The notes under the pieces are model-generated. The model had not been told where the DNA came from. It was given only the letters and a program-made list of their open reading frames with translations, and made no database searches. Source: Bacteriovoracaceae bacterium (GTDB lineage: Bacteria > Bdellovibrionota > Bacteriovoracia > Bacteriovoracales > Bacteriovoracaceae). From it: a DNA stretch of 64,000 nt. The stretch covers positions 352,001-416,000 of the forward strand of contig JBLWTJ010000001.1 of NCBI GenBank assembly GCA_048270185.1, read 5' to 3'. Made by a program: the position numbers and the translations under genes. Below, one piece after another: positions 19,899 through 30,196 of this stretch (its first letter is position 1; the number at the start of each line of letters is the position of its first letter).

Positions 19899-20531
19899 AT
19901 GCATGAACGTAATGGTGAACTCTATTCTAAATTTGAAGAAGTAATAAACTCAATGACACATAGTCTTGGAATTATCCTTGGCGTCGTTGGTACAATCATG
20001 ATGGTCATGAAGGCAAAGAGCGGAATGCATACATTTGCCTATTCTGTTTTTGGACTCTCCATTACTTTTCTCTATACAATGTCGACTCTCTACCACGGGA
20101 CTGGACACAAGAAGTTAAAACATATCTTTAGAAAGATGGACCATATTGGAATCTATCTCTTAATCGCTGGATCTTATACTCCATTTCTCCTACTCGCTAT
20201 TCGCGGTGAAACGGGAATGTGGATGATGATTAATATTTGGGCCATGGCCTTTATTGGTATTCTGATTAAATTATTTGCTTTTAATAAGTCTGAAATTCTC
20301 ACAATTATCCTGTGCCTCGTTATGGGTTGGATGGTTTTAGTCATTCGTCCAGAGCTACAAAACAGCCTAAGCTTTGATTGCCTAAAATGGATTGTCATCG
20401 GTGGCGCCTGTTACATGAGTGGAGTTCTCTTCTATCTTCGTGAAAGTCTCTACCTAGGTCATGCTATTTGGCACGTCTTTGTACTGCTAGGCACAACGTC
20501 TCATTTTTACGCGGTGTATGCATACGTCTAA
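19899..20531 (+). CDS. Hemolysin III / PAQR family membrane protein
   Basis: EE..NSMTH, STLYH, DHIGIYLLIAGSYTP and HAIWH motifs. Confidence 0.92.
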   Translation: MHERNGELYSKFEEVINSMTHSLGIILGVVGTIMMVMKAKSGMHTFAYSVFGLSITFLYTMSTLYHGTGHKKLKHIFRKMDHIGIYLLIAGSYTPFLLLAIRGETGMWMMINIWAMAFIGILIKLFAFNKSEILTIILCLVMGWMVLVIRPELQNSLSFDCLKWIVIGGACYMSGVLFYLRESLYLGHAIWHVFVLLGTTSHFYAVYAYV

Positions 20532-20632
20532 CCTTAATTTCAATAGAAATTGACTATCATATGACATAGATTCTTCATTGGATTCGTATAATTATTATTG
20601 TTATACTGAACGCAATTAATAAAGGAGAAGGT

Positions 20633-21067
20633 ATGAATACAATCAATCAATTAAAACTTATTCAAGCTGATGCACAAGTTTATTTCATGAAGCTTCACAA
20701 TATCCACTGGAATGTGACAGGAATGATGTTTCTTCCAGTCCACCAATTGACTGAAACTCTCTATAATGAATTTGCCGTCATCTTTGATGATCTAGCAGAA
20801 CGTCAACTACAACTTGGTCAAAAACCAGTTCTAACAATGGCAAATGCCCTTGAGATTAGCCGTATCAAAGAAACAAATGAATCATCATTTACAAGCAAGC
20901 AAGCTCTTGAGCTAATCCTTGCAGATAATGAGTACTTCTTAAGTGCATTCAAAGATCTGGCTTCAACAGCAGATGAGTCTAATGATGCTACAACAGTAGC
21001 TTATGCAGATGAAAAAGTAGCTTGGTTAGAAAAAGAAATTTGGCAACTAAAGGCCATGCTAGAGTAA
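20633..21067 (+). CDS. dps: Dps DNA-protection ferritin-like protein
   Basis: LHNIHWNVTG and DDLAER motifs; AAGGAG SD. Confidence 0.93.
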   Translation: MNTINQLKLIQADAQVYFMKLHNIHWNVTGMMFLPVHQLTETLYNEFAVIFDDLAERQLQLGQKPVLTMANALEISRIKETNESSFTSKQALELILADNEYFLSAFKDLASTADESNDATTVAYADEKVAWLEKEIWQLKAMLE

Positions 21068-21092
21068 GACATCCTAAAATTTTTCAATACGA

Positions 21093-21698
21093 TTAGAGCC
21101 GGAAATCACCTTTCCGGCTTTTTTTTACTCGCTCAACAAAGACCTTAAAAATTTCCATCATATGATCTTTCACACCATTGCCTTCAAGAGCTTCGAGGGC
21201 ATGGGCGATGGCCTCATAGGTACAAAGGAAGTTTTCTCCAGGAGAGCGGCGAAGCTCGTAGATACTCTCACCAACATCAATTAAATGATACTTTGGCATC
21301 TGTCCGAGAATCTCCTCACGCTTATGGAATTTTTTGGCCTTCGACCATGATCCATCAGGAACGACTAAGCAAGTTGGTAGATCACTTGGTGTGAAATCTT
21401 TAAGAGGCAATGAATCCTCTGTTGGAAATAAGTATATATAATTATACTTTGAAAAATCAAAAGCTTCAGGATTGAATGGGGCACGGGCATTTCCACGTTC
21501 CATGATTTCACAACTCTCAAGAGTCTGTGTTGCGAAATAGGCAGTATTACTAGTAAGCCATCTCTCGGTATAATGCATTGGAATAATAACCTTAGTTCGG
21601 TTATTAAACTTTTTTAAGTAGTCACAGAAGCACCAATGAGTATTAATACGACATTTGGGGCAGCGTGATTCTCGTGTATCTCGACGTGACTTTGCCAT
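21093..21698 (-). CDS. tapT: DTW-domain tRNA-uridine aminocarboxypropyltransferase
   Basis: CPKC..CFC zinc motif; SNT, LFP, DGSW and LCTYEA motifs. Confidence 0.85.
   Translation of the reverse strand: MAKSRRDTRESRCPKCRINTHWCFCDYLKKFNNRTKVIIPMHYTERWLTSNTAYFATQTLESCEIMERGNARAPFNPEAFDFSKYNYIYLFPTEDSLPLKDFTPSDLPTCLVVPDGSWSKAKKFHKREEILGQMPKYHLIDVGESIYELRRSPGENFLCTYEAIAHALEALEGNGVKDHMMEIFKVFVERVKKSRKGDFRL
21097..21127 (+). terminator. Intrinsic terminator of dps, lying within the 3' end of the opposing gene
   Basis: AGCCGGAAA-TCACC-TTTCCGGCT followed by a T-run. Confidence 0.75.
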
Positions 21699-21761
21699 TT
21701 GATTGATTTATCATATTTGGTGCAAATAATACAATAACATAGCTTAAACATAGGACAAAAA

Positions 21762-23522
21762 ATGAACTACTTTAGTGATGAGCCAGAATGGAAATGGATG
21801 TTAGAAAATGCGATTGATTGGAAAACAATCATTCCACTTTACTACAAAGACTTCCCTACTGAAGATGGATTCGATAATCAAGAAGAAGTACTTAGCTTCA
21901 TGGAAGAGCTAATGACTCAAACAGGTAGTTGGGCAGCAGATGCTGTTTATAATCGTGCAGAGGCCATTGATGTCAATGGCGCCGGAGAAATCGTTGATGG
22001 TCGAACTGTTCCTGGCCCTGAGCTAAGTGCATTTTACCAAGAGGCCATTGAGCTTGGAGCTTTTGGTATTTGTGTTCCAACTGAGTTTGGTGGAATGGGA
22101 CTGCCAGCAGTTTCTCTTATGGTGTTGCTAGAGCAACTATCACGCGCCTGTAATTCACAGTGTACACAACTTGCATTCTTCACTTCAATTGCTGATATGG
22201 TTCACCGCTTTTGTGACCACGATACGGCAGAAAGAATTATTCCTAAAATTGTAGCTGGAGAACTTTCAGGATCAATGAATCTAACTGAGCCAGGTTGTGG
22301 ATCAGATCTAGGAATGATTAAAACTTCGGCAACTCCAGTTGGAGATGGAACATACAAACTAAATGGATCAAAGATTTTCATCACTAATGGTGGCGGAGGA
22401 ATAGGCTTTGTTCTTGCACGTATAAAAGGTGCCCCTGAAGGACTTGGTGGAATATCAATGTTTATTTGCGAGCAAGATGAGCCTGGTGTTGAAGGACCAA
22501 ATTACATTGTTGCAAAGAATGAGCATAAAATGGGAATGCATGGATCATTTACATGTGAAATCGTTTATGAAAACTCGATAGCCAGACTTATTGGTGAAGA
22601 AGGACAAGGCTTCAAGTATATGCTTCACCTCATGAATGAAGCACGTATTGCTGTTGGAATGCAGGCCCTAGGCGGAATCGAAGGTTGTATTGGTTATGCA
22701 AGAAAGTATGCGGATGAGCGCGTACAATTTGATAGGCCAATTTCAGAACTTCCACTAATGAAGAGAAATCTCAGTGATTTCGAAACAGAAAGAGATGCTC
22801 TTAGAGCGCTTTTAGTTGATACAATCTCTTCTTATGATATTTTCCAAAAGCTCGATCTTAAAAAGAATGAAATTGGTAGTCTATCAAAAGAAGAAGAGGC
22901 TACATTTAAGAATGCTTCAATATGGACAAGAAAGAGAACACCACTTGTAAAATACTACGCGTGTGAAACTTATACTTACCTTTCAACTAAGGCCATCCAA
23001 GTACTTGGTGGATACGGATTTATGGAAGAATATCCAGTAAGTCGCTATCACAGAGACTCATTTGGTCCACTCCTCTATGAAGGAACAAGTCAGATTCAGG
23101 CCCTTATGGCCCTTAAAGATATGATTAAGTATGCGGCCAAGAATCCTAAGAAGTACTTTTCGAATCTATTTATTAAGCATCCTGCATTTGCATGGGTTAA
23201 TAGTGACGGTCTAGGACAAAAAGAATTAACTACGACTCAATATACATTCAAGAAGAATCTCGTAAAGCTAATCATGAGCTGCCTCAAACCTAAGAAGCTA
23301 TCAGATCTTACAAATCCAAAAGCATGGATGAATGAAGAGAATATCGACAAGCTTATGATTCATGCCGAAACGATTTGTCAGGGACTCTCTTACCTTGAAA
23401 CGCTAAGAGTTTTGGCAAACCACGCTTCAATGGATAAGTCACGTCATGACCTATTTAAGCGCTATCACACTCTTGTGACTCCGAGATTAACTGGTATTTA
23501 TAAAGATTGGGAAATTAGATAA
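21762..23522 (+). CDS. Acyl-CoA dehydrogenase
   Basis: MNLTEPGCGSD, NGSKIFIT, RVQF, GGYGF and YEGTSQIQ motifs. Confidence 0.93.
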   Translation: MNYFSDEPEWKWMLENAIDWKTIIPLYYKDFPTEDGFDNQEEVLSFMEELMTQTGSWAADAVYNRAEAIDVNGAGEIVDGRTVPGPELSAFYQEAIELGAFGICVPTEFGGMGLPAVSLMVLLEQLSRACNSQCTQLAFFTSIADMVHRFCDHDTAERIIPKIVAGELSGSMNLTEPGCGSDLGMIKTSATPVGDGTYKLNGSKIFITNGGGGIGFVLARIKGAPEGLGGISMFICEQDEPGVEGPNYIVAKNEHKMGMHGSFTCEIVYENSIARLIGEEGQGFKYMLHLMNEARIAVGMQALGGIEGCIGYARKYADERVQFDRPISELPLMKRNLSDFETERDALRALLVDTISSYDIFQKLDLKKNEIGSLSKEEEATFKNASIWTRKRTPLVKYYACETYTYLSTKAIQVLGGYGFMEEYPVSRYHRDSFGPLLYEGTSQIQALMALKDMIKYAAKNPKKYFSNLFIKHPAFAWVNSDGLGQKELTTTQYTFKKNLVKLIMSCLKPKKLSDLTNPKAWMNEENIDKLMIHAETICQGLSYLETLRVLANHASMDKSRHDLFKRYHTLVTPRLTGIYKDWEIR

Positions 23523-23534
23523 CCGAGTTTATAG

Positions 23535-23558
23535 AAGGCGGCGAAAGTCGCCTTTTTT
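23535..23558 (+). terminator. Intrinsic terminator
   Basis: AAGGCGGC-GAAA-GTCGCCTT followed by a T-run. Confidence 0.85.
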
Positions 23559-23565
23559 ATTTGTA

Positions 23566-24246
23566 CTATTGAAGAATATATTCTTCGACAAATTGAGTAC
23601 TGACCTGAGAATTTCCATTACTACATAACGATTGGTATTCTGCCTTTTCAACCAGAGCATTACGAGTTTGACCAGCATTGGCTTCAATTGTCAGTATCGC
23701 TTTTTCAATAAGTTTATTAGTTCCATTTTCAACAACAATCATACCTTTCTCAACGATATTTGAAGACGGAAAAGAATAAACAAATCCAGAATTAATATGA
23801 TTCGTATACACTGTATTAAGGTCATCTCCATTACTATTGGCAACACAGTAATCGGCCATAATACCATTCATATCAGTTTCAATATTTGTTGTAATTAAGA
23901 AACCTCTAGTAAGATTAAGATATGAAGTCCCTGAGTAAGGTGATTGAATAGTTGCTTCAGAGTTATACGTTTTAGAAGAAGCCGAACATGTACCTTGAAC
24001 AACAGTATAGCGTACTGATGCGATATCATTTGTACTTCTAATATCCATTCGCATAACACCCAGACGAGAGCAAATTGATCGAATATTAGAAATTGCAAAT
24101 TCATCTAAACTTGCTTGAACTTCGACAGAGTCACCAACGCTATAACTTGATAGCGAGGCGCCCCCTTTTCCATACTCACCACAAGACACGAGAGAGACAA
24201 GAAAGCCTAAAATAAGAATAAATTTTAAATTTCTAAAATTACTCAT
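23566..24246 (-). CDS. Hypothetical lipoprotein, paralog of 46869..47567
   Basis: Lipobox LVSC; shares IC..L and TD.N...C patterns with 46869..47567. Confidence 0.7.
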   Translation of the reverse strand: MSNFRNLKFILILGFLVSLVSCGEYGKGGASLSSYSVGDSVEVQASLDEFAISNIRSICSRLGVMRMDIRSTNDIASVRYTVVQGTCSASSKTYNSEATIQSPYSGTSYLNLTRGFLITTNIETDMNGIMADYCVANSNGDDLNTVYTNHINSGFVYSFPSSNIVEKGMIVVENGTNKLIEKAILTIEANAGQTRNALVEKAEYQSLCSNGNSQVSTQFVEEYILQ

Positions 24247-24254
24247 CCTTATGT

Positions 24255-24282
24255 TTATCGACTTAAAACTTAAGAAACTTAA
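24255..24282 (-). promoter_or_regulatory. Sigma28-type promoter
   Basis: TTAAGTTT-N12-GTCGATAA, 8 nt before ATG 24246. Confidence 0.65.
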
Positions 24283-24324
24283 ATTGCTATGGCCGTGTAA
24301 TTGTCACGATGTTAAATTTTACCT

Positions 24325-25080
24325 ATGAATTTCAAAACAAATCTTGGTGAATATAGGCCAATTCAGACTGAAGACGGCCAAATTACTTTATATAGCTCTC
24401 TCTATGATGAGAATTGTCACTCAACATCAGGGGCCCTTGAAGAAACGCTCTATAATTATATTCAAGGTTGTGATGTTATTAACAGAGCAAATATATCACC
24501 TATCACGATTCTTGAAATAGGACTTGGAGTAGGCCTAGGCGTTCTATGTACATTTGAACAAACAAGAAATTGCCATTTTCCTATCAAGTTCATTTCAACC
24601 GAAATTGATCCAGGCCTTGTTAAGTGGGTTTTTGAACAAGAACAATTTAAGGCCATCAAGTCTGACGAAGTGATGACTAATGAATCATACAGAGCGAAAC
24701 TTGGCGATAATTTTGAAATTGAAGTCTTAATTGGTGATGCTCGCAAAACCTTAAAGAATATAGACTTAGAGGATAAGATTGACTGTATTTTTCAAGATGC
24801 ATTTTCTCCGCAAAAAAACGGCTCTCTTTGGACAAAAGAATGGTTCAAGAATCTGCGAAGTTTATGTGGTAATAATTCTGTCATGACAACTTATAGCGCG
24901 GCCGTAAAAATAAGAAAGGCCATGTTGGATGCTGGTTTCTTTGTTACTAATATGAAAGGTTTTGGAAATAAGCGAAGTGCAACCCGTGCCTATACAAATA
25001 TCGAATTTAGAGACCTTGAGCTTGAAGACACTTTAACTCGCTCAAAGACACCTCCACTATCAGATAAGGATTTAGAATGA
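24325..25080 (+). CDS. mnmD: Standalone MnmC-type tRNA (mnm5s2U34) methyltransferase
   Basis: TEDG..TLYS..YDENCHS, LEIGLGVG, DAFSP..N..LW and TYSAA motifs. Confidence 0.85.
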   Translation: MNFKTNLGEYRPIQTEDGQITLYSSLYDENCHSTSGALEETLYNYIQGCDVINRANISPITILEIGLGVGLGVLCTFEQTRNCHFPIKFISTEIDPGLVKWVFEQEQFKAIKSDEVMTNESYRAKLGDNFEIEVLIGDARKTLKNIDLEDKIDCIFQDAFSPQKNGSLWTKEWFKNLRSLCGNNSVMTTYSAAVKIRKAMLDAGFFVTNMKGFGNKRSATRAYTNIEFRDLELEDTLTRSKTPPLSDKDLE

Positions 25081-26003
25081 ATATAAGAACTCAAGGCAAA
25101 ACAATCTGTGACCTCTTTAATATTGAGTACCCAATTATTCAAGGTGGTATGGTTTGGGTCTCAGGCGCAAAGCTTGCTGCGGCCGTAAGTAATGCCGGAG
25201 GCCTGGGCCTTGTTGGTGCAGGTTCAATGAAACCAGATTTACTTCGCACTCATCTGCAAAAAGCAAAGTCACTTTTAAATGACGGCAAACAAGTTGGTGT
25301 AAATATTCCACTTCTCTATCACCTCGTTGAAGAGCAAATTAATGTCGCCCTTGAAGAAGGAATCAAAATCTTCTTTACTTCAGCTGGCTCTCCAAAGAAA
25401 TATACAAAGTTTTTAAAAGACCAAGGATGCACTGTAGTTCACGTCACATCAAGTCCGGCACTTGCAAAGAAATGCGAAGATGCAGGAGTTGATGCTATTG
25501 TTGCCGAAGGCTTTGAGGCCGGAGGACATAATGGCCGCGAAGAGATCACAACAATGTGCCTTATCCCACAAGTTTGCGACACAGTTAAAATCCCAGTCAT
25601 TGCTGCTGGTGGTATTTACGATTCAAGAACAATTAAGGCCGCATTCTGTTTAGGAGCAAGTGGTGTGCAATTAGGTTCTCGCTTTCTTATGACACAAGAA
25701 AGCTCCGCTCATCAAAATTATAAAGAGATGATTGCCAAGGCAGGTCCAGGTGACACCCTTCTACAAATGAAGTCCTACGTTCCCGTAAGACTTCTTAGAA
25801 ATAAATTTGCCATCGAATCATTAGAGCTTGAAAAGAAATGTGCAAGCGTTGATGAAATCGTTGCCCACCTTGGAAAGGGCCGCGCCAAACAAGGCATGCT
25901 TGATGGTGATCTTGACGAAGGCGAATTAGAAGTTGGCCAAGTCTCTGGTGCGATAAGTGATCTCCCAACTGTTGCTGAACTTTTTAAAGAGCTTACAAAG
26001 TAA
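25077..26003 (+). CDS. Nitronate monooxygenase / FabK-like flavoprotein
   Basis: YPIIQGGM, EAGGHNG, VIAAGGI and GVQLGSRF motifs. Confidence 0.9.
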   Translation: MNIRTQGKTICDLFNIEYPIIQGGMVWVSGAKLAAAVSNAGGLGLVGAGSMKPDLLRTHLQKAKSLLNDGKQVGVNIPLLYHLVEEQINVALEEGIKIFFTSAGSPKKYTKFLKDQGCTVVHVTSSPALAKKCEDAGVDAIVAEGFEAGGHNGREEITTMCLIPQVCDTVKIPVIAAGGIYDSRTIKAAFCLGASGVQLGSRFLMTQESSAHQNYKEMIAKAGPGDTLLQMKSYVPVRLLRNKFAIESLELEKKCASVDEIVAHLGKGRAKQGMLDGDLDEGELEVGQVSGAISDLPTVAELFKELTK

Positions 26004-26107
26004 TATTTTGTGGCGCCGCTCTGATCCTGATCATTTTTGACAGTTACTTTCTGACGTTCTTTTGCGCGTTAATTCCGACCAAAAGCGTATAAAAACGGCC
26101 ACTTAGT

Positions 26108-26123
26108 TGGCACGCCTCTTGCT
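26108..26123 (+). promoter_or_regulatory. Sigma54 (RpoN) -24/-12 promoter
   Basis: TGGCACG-CCTC-TTGCT, an exact match to TGGCACG-N4-TTGCW. Confidence 0.8.
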
Positions 26124-26205
26124 TTATTTAATAGTGAGGAGGTTAAGATCTAAAACACACAACACACACGCACACAACACAGACATTTTGACGGAGGTCA
26201 CTGCA

Positions 26206-26760
26206 ATGAATGCATTAGGTTTATCGATAAACTTCTATCGTGAATTAATGATGACACTAGTATGGTACATCGGCTCACTCTCGTTAATGTTATCGCTCTT
26301 TGTTTTTGTCATTAGGCCAAAAATAAAAATACCAGAAGTAGAGCAAGCTGATATTAGAACACAAATGGAGATTGCAAAATTTATCCACACAAGAAAGTCA
26401 CAAGTGACTTTTGGGAATGAAAAAAATTGGAAGTACTTAAGAAAGCAGGTTTTTAGAATACAAGGGACGAAATGCCTCAAATGTGGAATCGAACACGACA
26501 ATATGCACATTGATCATATTAAACCCAAATCGATTCACCCACATTTAGAGTTTATGATTGATAATCTACAAGTGCTTTGTCCAACATGTAATCGCGAGAA
26601 GTCTAACAAGGAAGAAGTGGACTATAGAAAGTCACATCACTTAATGGCACTTGTGAATACAATTAAAGAAAATAAATTATTAAGAGAGCGCTACACTTAT
26701 GACTTTGAAGCTTTGACAAAAATTACAAAGGAAAAAATGAGATTTGAATTAGCTGCCTAA
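26206..26760 (+). CDS. HNH endonuclease with an N-terminal transmembrane helix
   Basis: GGAGG SD before ATG 26206; TM LVWYIGSLSLMLSLFVFVI; CLKC..HIDHIKP..NLQVLCPTCN..KS. Confidence 0.85.
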   Translation: MNALGLSINFYRELMMTLVWYIGSLSLMLSLFVFVIRPKIKIPEVEQADIRTQMEIAKFIHTRKSQVTFGNEKNWKYLRKQVFRIQGTKCLKCGIEHDNMHIDHIKPKSIHPHLEFMIDNLQVLCPTCNREKSNKEEVDYRKSHHLMALVNTIKENKLLRERYTYDFEALTKITKEKMRFELAA

Positions 26761-26777
26761 AAAATAAATTGAAATAA

Positions 26778-26806
26778 AAGGCCCTTGCTAATAAAGGGCC
26801 TTCTTT
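26778..26806. terminator. Probable bidirectional terminator
   Basis: AAGGCCCTT-N7-AAGGGCCTT between convergent genes. Confidence 0.7.
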
Positions 26807-26927
26807 GAAATTCGGAATTTAATTAATGTTATTCTACGTAAAATTATTCTTTGCTCGCCACCAAAATCAAGCCTACCTAATTGAAGACCTATTATCTCTA
26901 GTGGATTATATTTTCAATTTTATAAGC

Positions 26928-27392
26928 TTAAAGATATGATACATCTCTTAACTTTAAAAGAATCGCATCCCCTTCTGTATCAATAAGGATCTCTTCAGAA
27001 GTTGGCAGTGGTTTAGAGTTACCATAGTAAAGAACAAGTAATCCTGCATCTGTCACTAAGTCAGGATAATCAATTGCTTTTAAGATTTTAGATACAAGTC
27101 CATTTGAACCACTTAGGTAATGTTTAGTGAATGCCTTATTTCTCTCGTAGCTATAACCAAGAGTTGCGCTTACATTCTTAATGCTAACTAGTTGTTGGCC
27201 ATTGATTAGGCATTTAAAAACATTGATACCATTTTGCCATTCAAGAACTTGTGTTACTTCACAATCAACACGGGCAATACGCTCATCAGTCATAAGGTTT
27301 GTTAAATTAAAATCTAAATTAAATCGCGCAGTTGAAGTTGCGTTTGCATTTAGTGTCATTAGACATAGAAAAGTTAAGATAATTTGTTTCAT
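26928..27392 (-). CDS. Secreted hypothetical protein
   Basis: Signal peptide ending ANA; GGGAGA SD. Confidence 0.7.
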   Translation of the reverse strand: MKQIILTFLCLMTLNANATSTARFNLDFNLTNLMTDERIARVDCEVTQVLEWQNGINVFKCLINGQQLVSIKNVSATLGYSYERNKAFTKHYLSGSNGLVSKILKAIDYPDLVTDAGLLVLYYGNSKPLPTSEEILIDTEGDAILLKLRDVSYL

Positions 27393-27517
27393 AAAAATCT
27401 CCCTATAGAATTTAGAGAGAATTTATCGAATCAACTGCAGAACTTAAACAAAACAGCGCGCAGCGACACAAGAAAATATCCCTAATTTTGAAACAATATT
27501 AACAAAACCAGAGAGTA

Positions 27518-28498
27518 TTACTTATCCTGGCCATCATCGCCAGTGGCAAACATATTGAAATTTAAGACGAGAGGAATCTGCTCTTCTTCCTGACTGGCCT
27601 TAGCAACAATACTCTTAAAATCTTCAAAGAATCTTAGATATAATGAGATGATTTCATCACGAGCTCCTTGAGTAGTCGTGAATACAACAGAACCAAAAGC
27701 ATCACGATTTGTGCGATCATCAAGTTTTTCAAGTGCGCGCTTCAACCAAAACTTACGACTCAACTTCATCTGCTCAGGAGTGCCGCGATCACTTATACGC
27801 ATACTACCAGCGACATAAAGTCCCTTATCGTTTTGCTCAATAAGGCCATTATTAAGGGCCATCTCTAAGATCTCGTGAACTTCATTTATTTCAAGTCCAG
27901 AAACCGTCGCAAGGAAGCTATCTTGATGAAAGCTTAATTTTTTATAACCAGGTAAATCGAGACAAATTAAGATGAGTCCGATATTTGGATTAGCAAAGTA
28001 GTTTTTAGCTATCGCCACTCTCTTTTCATTATGTGAGTCTAAGTGAGGAATCGATGCTCCTTTATTCATTTCATAAACAAGGGCCAATGAATCCATATCA
28101 TCAAGGCCAAAAGTGATTTGTAAGAAATCATTTAAAGTTAAGGCCGTATCATTCTTTTTTAAGCGACGAAGTTTTGTAACAGCTATTCCACATGAGTTAG
28201 AAATATCCGAAAGTTTTTTTGAACTAAAGAAATGTGAAAGTAATTTTTCAGTGTTTGATAATTCAAGATCATAACGGAAATAAGATATGAATATCTGTGC
28301 TAGATCAATTCTAAAGATATTACACAGACTAATGAAATCGTGCCAAGATGCCTTGGCATGGCCTTTTTCCCAGCGATGGACAACATTTGAAGAAGAGTTA
28401 AGCCGTTGGTTGACCCATTCTTGACTCTTGTCGGCCCTAATTGAACGAACTAATTCTTGTGCAAGTAAGTCGTAATCAATTTCTTTTGCGATCCCCAT
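27518..28498 (-). CDS. HTH / DUF4423 (TIGR02147-like) putative transcriptional regulator
   Basis: XRE-like N-terminus (SQEWVNQRL..VHRWEKG), a second HTH, a winged helix and a C-terminal LVLNFNMF strand. Confidence 0.7.
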   Translation of the reverse strand: MGIAKEIDYDLLAQELVRSIRADKSQEWVNQRLNSSSNVVHRWEKGHAKASWHDFISLCNIFRIDLAQIFISYFRYDLELSNTEKLLSHFFSSKKLSDISNSCGIAVTKLRRLKKNDTALTLNDFLQITFGLDDMDSLALVYEMNKGASIPHLDSHNEKRVAIAKNYFANPNIGLILICLDLPGYKKLSFHQDSFLATVSGLEINEVHEILEMALNNGLIEQNDKGLYVAGSMRISDRGTPEQMKLSRKFWLKRALEKLDDRTNRDAFGSVVFTTTQGARDEIISLYLRFFEDFKSIVAKASQEEEQIPLVLNFNMFATGDDGQDK

Positions 28499-28503
28499 AT
28501 TTA

Positions 28504-30048
28504 CTATGCCCCTGTTTTATATGATGGGTATATATCTTCATAGGAGTGAATTCCATGATTGGAGTCTCTTTTGTATATATCCTTTCTTTTAAGTCCATTT
28601 ACATTATCGTAACCTGCGGCCGCAACAATTTCCCTTACTGCCTCAAGAGTAGCGTGATGGAAGTTTGCAACTCTCCTTGATTTTTGTTCGACATTAAGGC
28701 CTTTAATCAAGTCATTACTCTGAGTAGCTATCCCAGCTGGGCAGTGATTAGTATTACAAATCAATGCCTGAATACAACCAAGAGCTAGCATCATTGAGCG
28801 GGCACCGTAGCATGCATCAGCACCAAGGGCCAAGGCCTTGACGATATCAAATCCAGTAAAGATCTTCCCTGATGCGATAAGTTTAATCTCATCTTTAAGT
28901 CCATACTCTTCTAAAATATTTTTTGCACTAGTAAGGCCTTCAACTAATGGTGTTCCGATTGAATCAGAAAATTCAAGAGGAGCAGCTCCTGTTCCTCCTT
29001 CACCACCATCAATAGCAATAAAGTCAGGGTAATTATCTCTGTCTTTAAAGACTTGTACCATTTCAATAAACTCATCTCTTCGGCCATAACAAAGCTTAAT
29101 TCCAATAGGCTTTCCACCAGAAAGTTCACGAAGTTTAATGATGAAATCAACCATCTCATCAGCATTCTTAAATTCTTTATGAGAAGGAGGTGAAGCGACT
29201 TCAGTTCCAGCTTTGATATCACGAATACGGGCTATCTCTTCAGTATTCTTTCCAGCAGGAAGGATACCGCCATGACCAGGCTTGGCCCCTTGAGAAAGTT
29301 TAACTTCAATCATCTTAACTTGATCATCACAGGCCTTTTGTTTAAAAGTCTCAGGATTGAAGGTTCCATCGTGATTTCTCGCGCCAAAATATCCTGTCCC
29401 GATTTGCCAAATTAGATCCCCTCCACCGGCACGATGGTGATCACTGATTCCACCTTCTCCAGTGTTATGGGCGAAATTATCAAGCTTTGCGCCTTTGTTA
29501 AGAGCGTGAATAGCGCGTCCACTTAGGGCCCCAAAGCTCATGGCCGAAATATTAAAAATTGAAGCATCGTATTTCTTTGTACAATGTTTACTTCCAATTA
29601 AAACTCTAAGATCTTTACTGACCTCATCGAACTCTTTCGGGTACATTGAATGGTTTATCCATTCGTAACCAGTTGCATAGACGTCTTTTTGTGTTCCAAA
29701 TGGTTTTGTACTAAGTGCAAGCTTTGCTCTTTGATAAATGACATTACGAGATGTTCTTGGAATAGGAGTTCCATCAGTATCACTTTCAATAAAGTATTGA
29801 TAAATTTTTGGACGTAGGTCCTCCATAATATAGCGAAAACGACCAACCACAGGGAAGTTACTCTTTAATGTATGTTCCGTTTGCATTAAATCAAAGAATC
29901 CAAGAAGATAAATTGGAACTAAAATCAAATATTGATAGTAGAAGAATTTAGCAAATAATTCTCCAGCGAAAATTGTGGCAATATTTGTGATTATAAAAAA
30001 TATCCAAAAAATTTTTCTAGGACTTGCATCGCGACCAAGATAGGCCAT
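28504..30048 (-). CDS. FMN-binding glutamate synthase family protein with an N-terminal membrane anchor
   Basis: SAMSFGALS, NTGEGG, KLSQGAKPGHGG and GCIQALICNTNHCP motifs; GAGGTG SD before ATG 30048. Confidence 0.92.
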   Translation of the reverse strand: MAYLGRDASPRKIFWIFFIITNIATIFAGELFAKFFYYQYLILVPIYLLGFFDLMQTEHTLKSNFPVVGRFRYIMEDLRPKIYQYFIESDTDGTPIPRTSRNVIYQRAKLALSTKPFGTQKDVYATGYEWINHSMYPKEFDEVSKDLRVLIGSKHCTKKYDASIFNISAMSFGALSGRAIHALNKGAKLDNFAHNTGEGGISDHHRAGGGDLIWQIGTGYFGARNHDGTFNPETFKQKACDDQVKMIEVKLSQGAKPGHGGILPAGKNTEEIARIRDIKAGTEVASPPSHKEFKNADEMVDFIIKLRELSGGKPIGIKLCYGRRDEFIEMVQVFKDRDNYPDFIAIDGGEGGTGAAPLEFSDSIGTPLVEGLTSAKNILEEYGLKDEIKLIASGKIFTGFDIVKALALGADACYGARSMMLALGCIQALICNTNHCPAGIATQSNDLIKGLNVEQKSRRVANFHHATLEAVREIVAAAGYDNVNGLKRKDIYKRDSNHGIHSYEDIYPSYKTGA

Positions 30049-30196
30049 ATTCACCTCGCATAATAAATAATTTGCATTGTATTTCTCATTATATACCCTA
30101 CTTATCGTCAACATTTACATTTGTTTTACAATGATCTTGTTTCGGCCTTGCTAAAATTTAATAAGAAATTATTAACGCCACACAAGCGAGACTTTT

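Noticed and set aside
26107..26205. N-terminal extension of the HNH ORF from TTG 26107
   Set aside because: Overlaps the sigma54 promoter and CA-rich leader; the GGAGG SD supports ATG 26206
26790..26915. Open stretch on the minus strand (NPLEIIGLQLGRLDFGG...)
   Set aside because: No start codon or SD, and it runs into the terminator
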